A stretch of DNA of 63,407 nucleotides, the filler included, from Asterionella formosa (lineage: Eukaryota): assembly GCA_002256025.1 (NCBI GenBank). It is 23 parts of 23 records of this genome, joined end to end, with 100 filler letters (N's around TTAATTAATTAA, not from the genome) between each part and the next. Parts side by side here need not be neighbours in the genome. Positions count along the whole stretch, not along the records: positions 62,257 to 63,407 come from NKIB01004034.1; 22 more parts are not named here. One strand, 5' to 3'. Positions 62,471 to 63,407 of the stretch are shown piece after piece. Positions within the stretch are counted from its first letter, which is position 1, and each line of letters opens with the position of its first letter. Under the pieces are notes generated by a model that saw only the letters and a list, made by a program, of their open reading frames with translations, did no database searches and was not told where the DNA came from. A program made the translations under genes and the position numbers.

Positions 62471-63407
62471 GGAATTTCCTTTTAGTCATAAAATCGCTTG
62501 TATATAGCTATGTCTGTGCACTAATTTCCGATCTAATAAATAATTCAAATGGAGTCATTGATATTCATAAGCGCTCCTACAAATTCCCACTCTCAATGAA
62601 GTTTGGCGATCCTAGCTACTAAGCAATATGCTATGCATAAATTGTTGCCTAGGGTTGCTTTCTAATCCTGCAACCTTGTTAATAAGCAAGAAAGAGTTGA
62701 ATGAAAATACTTAGCCCATAATAATAATATATGTACATATTGTGTAGTACTTAAATTTACTGTACACCAGACATATGATGCAAGTCACGCATTCATCAAC
62801 TGTGGCAAGAACAACTAAACCTTTTGATTCTTGATTTTTCGAAGTTTAGATTCTTCTGGTTTGGTAGATTGTACCAGCATCATGTAATAATTATTCGCTG
62901 TACCTCCACCTTCCAACAACAATTTCCAAGGGTTGTGGTGTCCATAGATTGATATGAACCGCTCAATTCATGAAAATAAAATCTTCTTTTACATTGGCTT
63001 CTTCTCCATGCTTCGTTTTGGGAGCAAATAACCACGACCTCGTGGCCTCACCTCAAGCATGCATATCATGCCATGGGGACAAGAGAAGGGTACATTCTTG
63101 TATATGCAGTGTTTGGTTCATGAATATCATATCGTTACCAAATTTGAAGTGGTGATTCATGTAGTGAACGAGGAGGTGTGCCGGAATCCAGCACCCGTTA
63201 GTGAGGACTCTACCATCACCAATGAAAAGTAGCTCCCAAAGAAGAACTGAAAGTTTCAGTTGCTTCTTATGTTTTGAAGCCTGGTTTCCTGTTTTTGCTA
63301 CTCCCACAGTCACAATATCATGTCGCTAAACACATGGTATTGAAAGGAAGCAAAGGGAAGCAACAAAACACAACTGACATGGTGATAAGTCACAACAAGA
63401 GACAGAT

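Overview
This is not one locus. It is 23 unlinked contigs joined by artificial 100-nt spacers (N-run + TTAATTAATTAA + N-run). Two contigs are about 18.5 kb (3765-22277, 22378-40867) and the rest are about 1.15 kb. The DNA is eukaryotic, with GT-AG introns, CTAAC branch sites and PP1. It is most likely a diatom, judging from CoDi-like copia elements, a stramenopile-type Crypton, PTxxPT repeats and RXL/KXXK peptides. Host genes: PP1 catalytic subunit, an NR2C2AP homolog, an FCP1/NIF HAD phosphatase, a head-to-head pair of GT47 exostosin genes, and several repeat proteins. Most of the rest is transposon-derived: a young GC-rich LINE (8 near-identical fragments), copia gag/pol, two Harbinger lineages with TAA-flanked MITEs, a decayed Crypton tyrosine recombinase, and Plavaka/CMC-like remnants. 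The most striking observation is invisible in the ORF track. At 52244-53395, phase-0 micro-exons in a 600-bp tandem repeat splice into a 35-aa Lys/Pro/Thr unit with four KXXK motifs and an RXL site, suggesting a candidate silaffin-like polyprotein. All family assignments come from motif recognition by eye; no searches were run.
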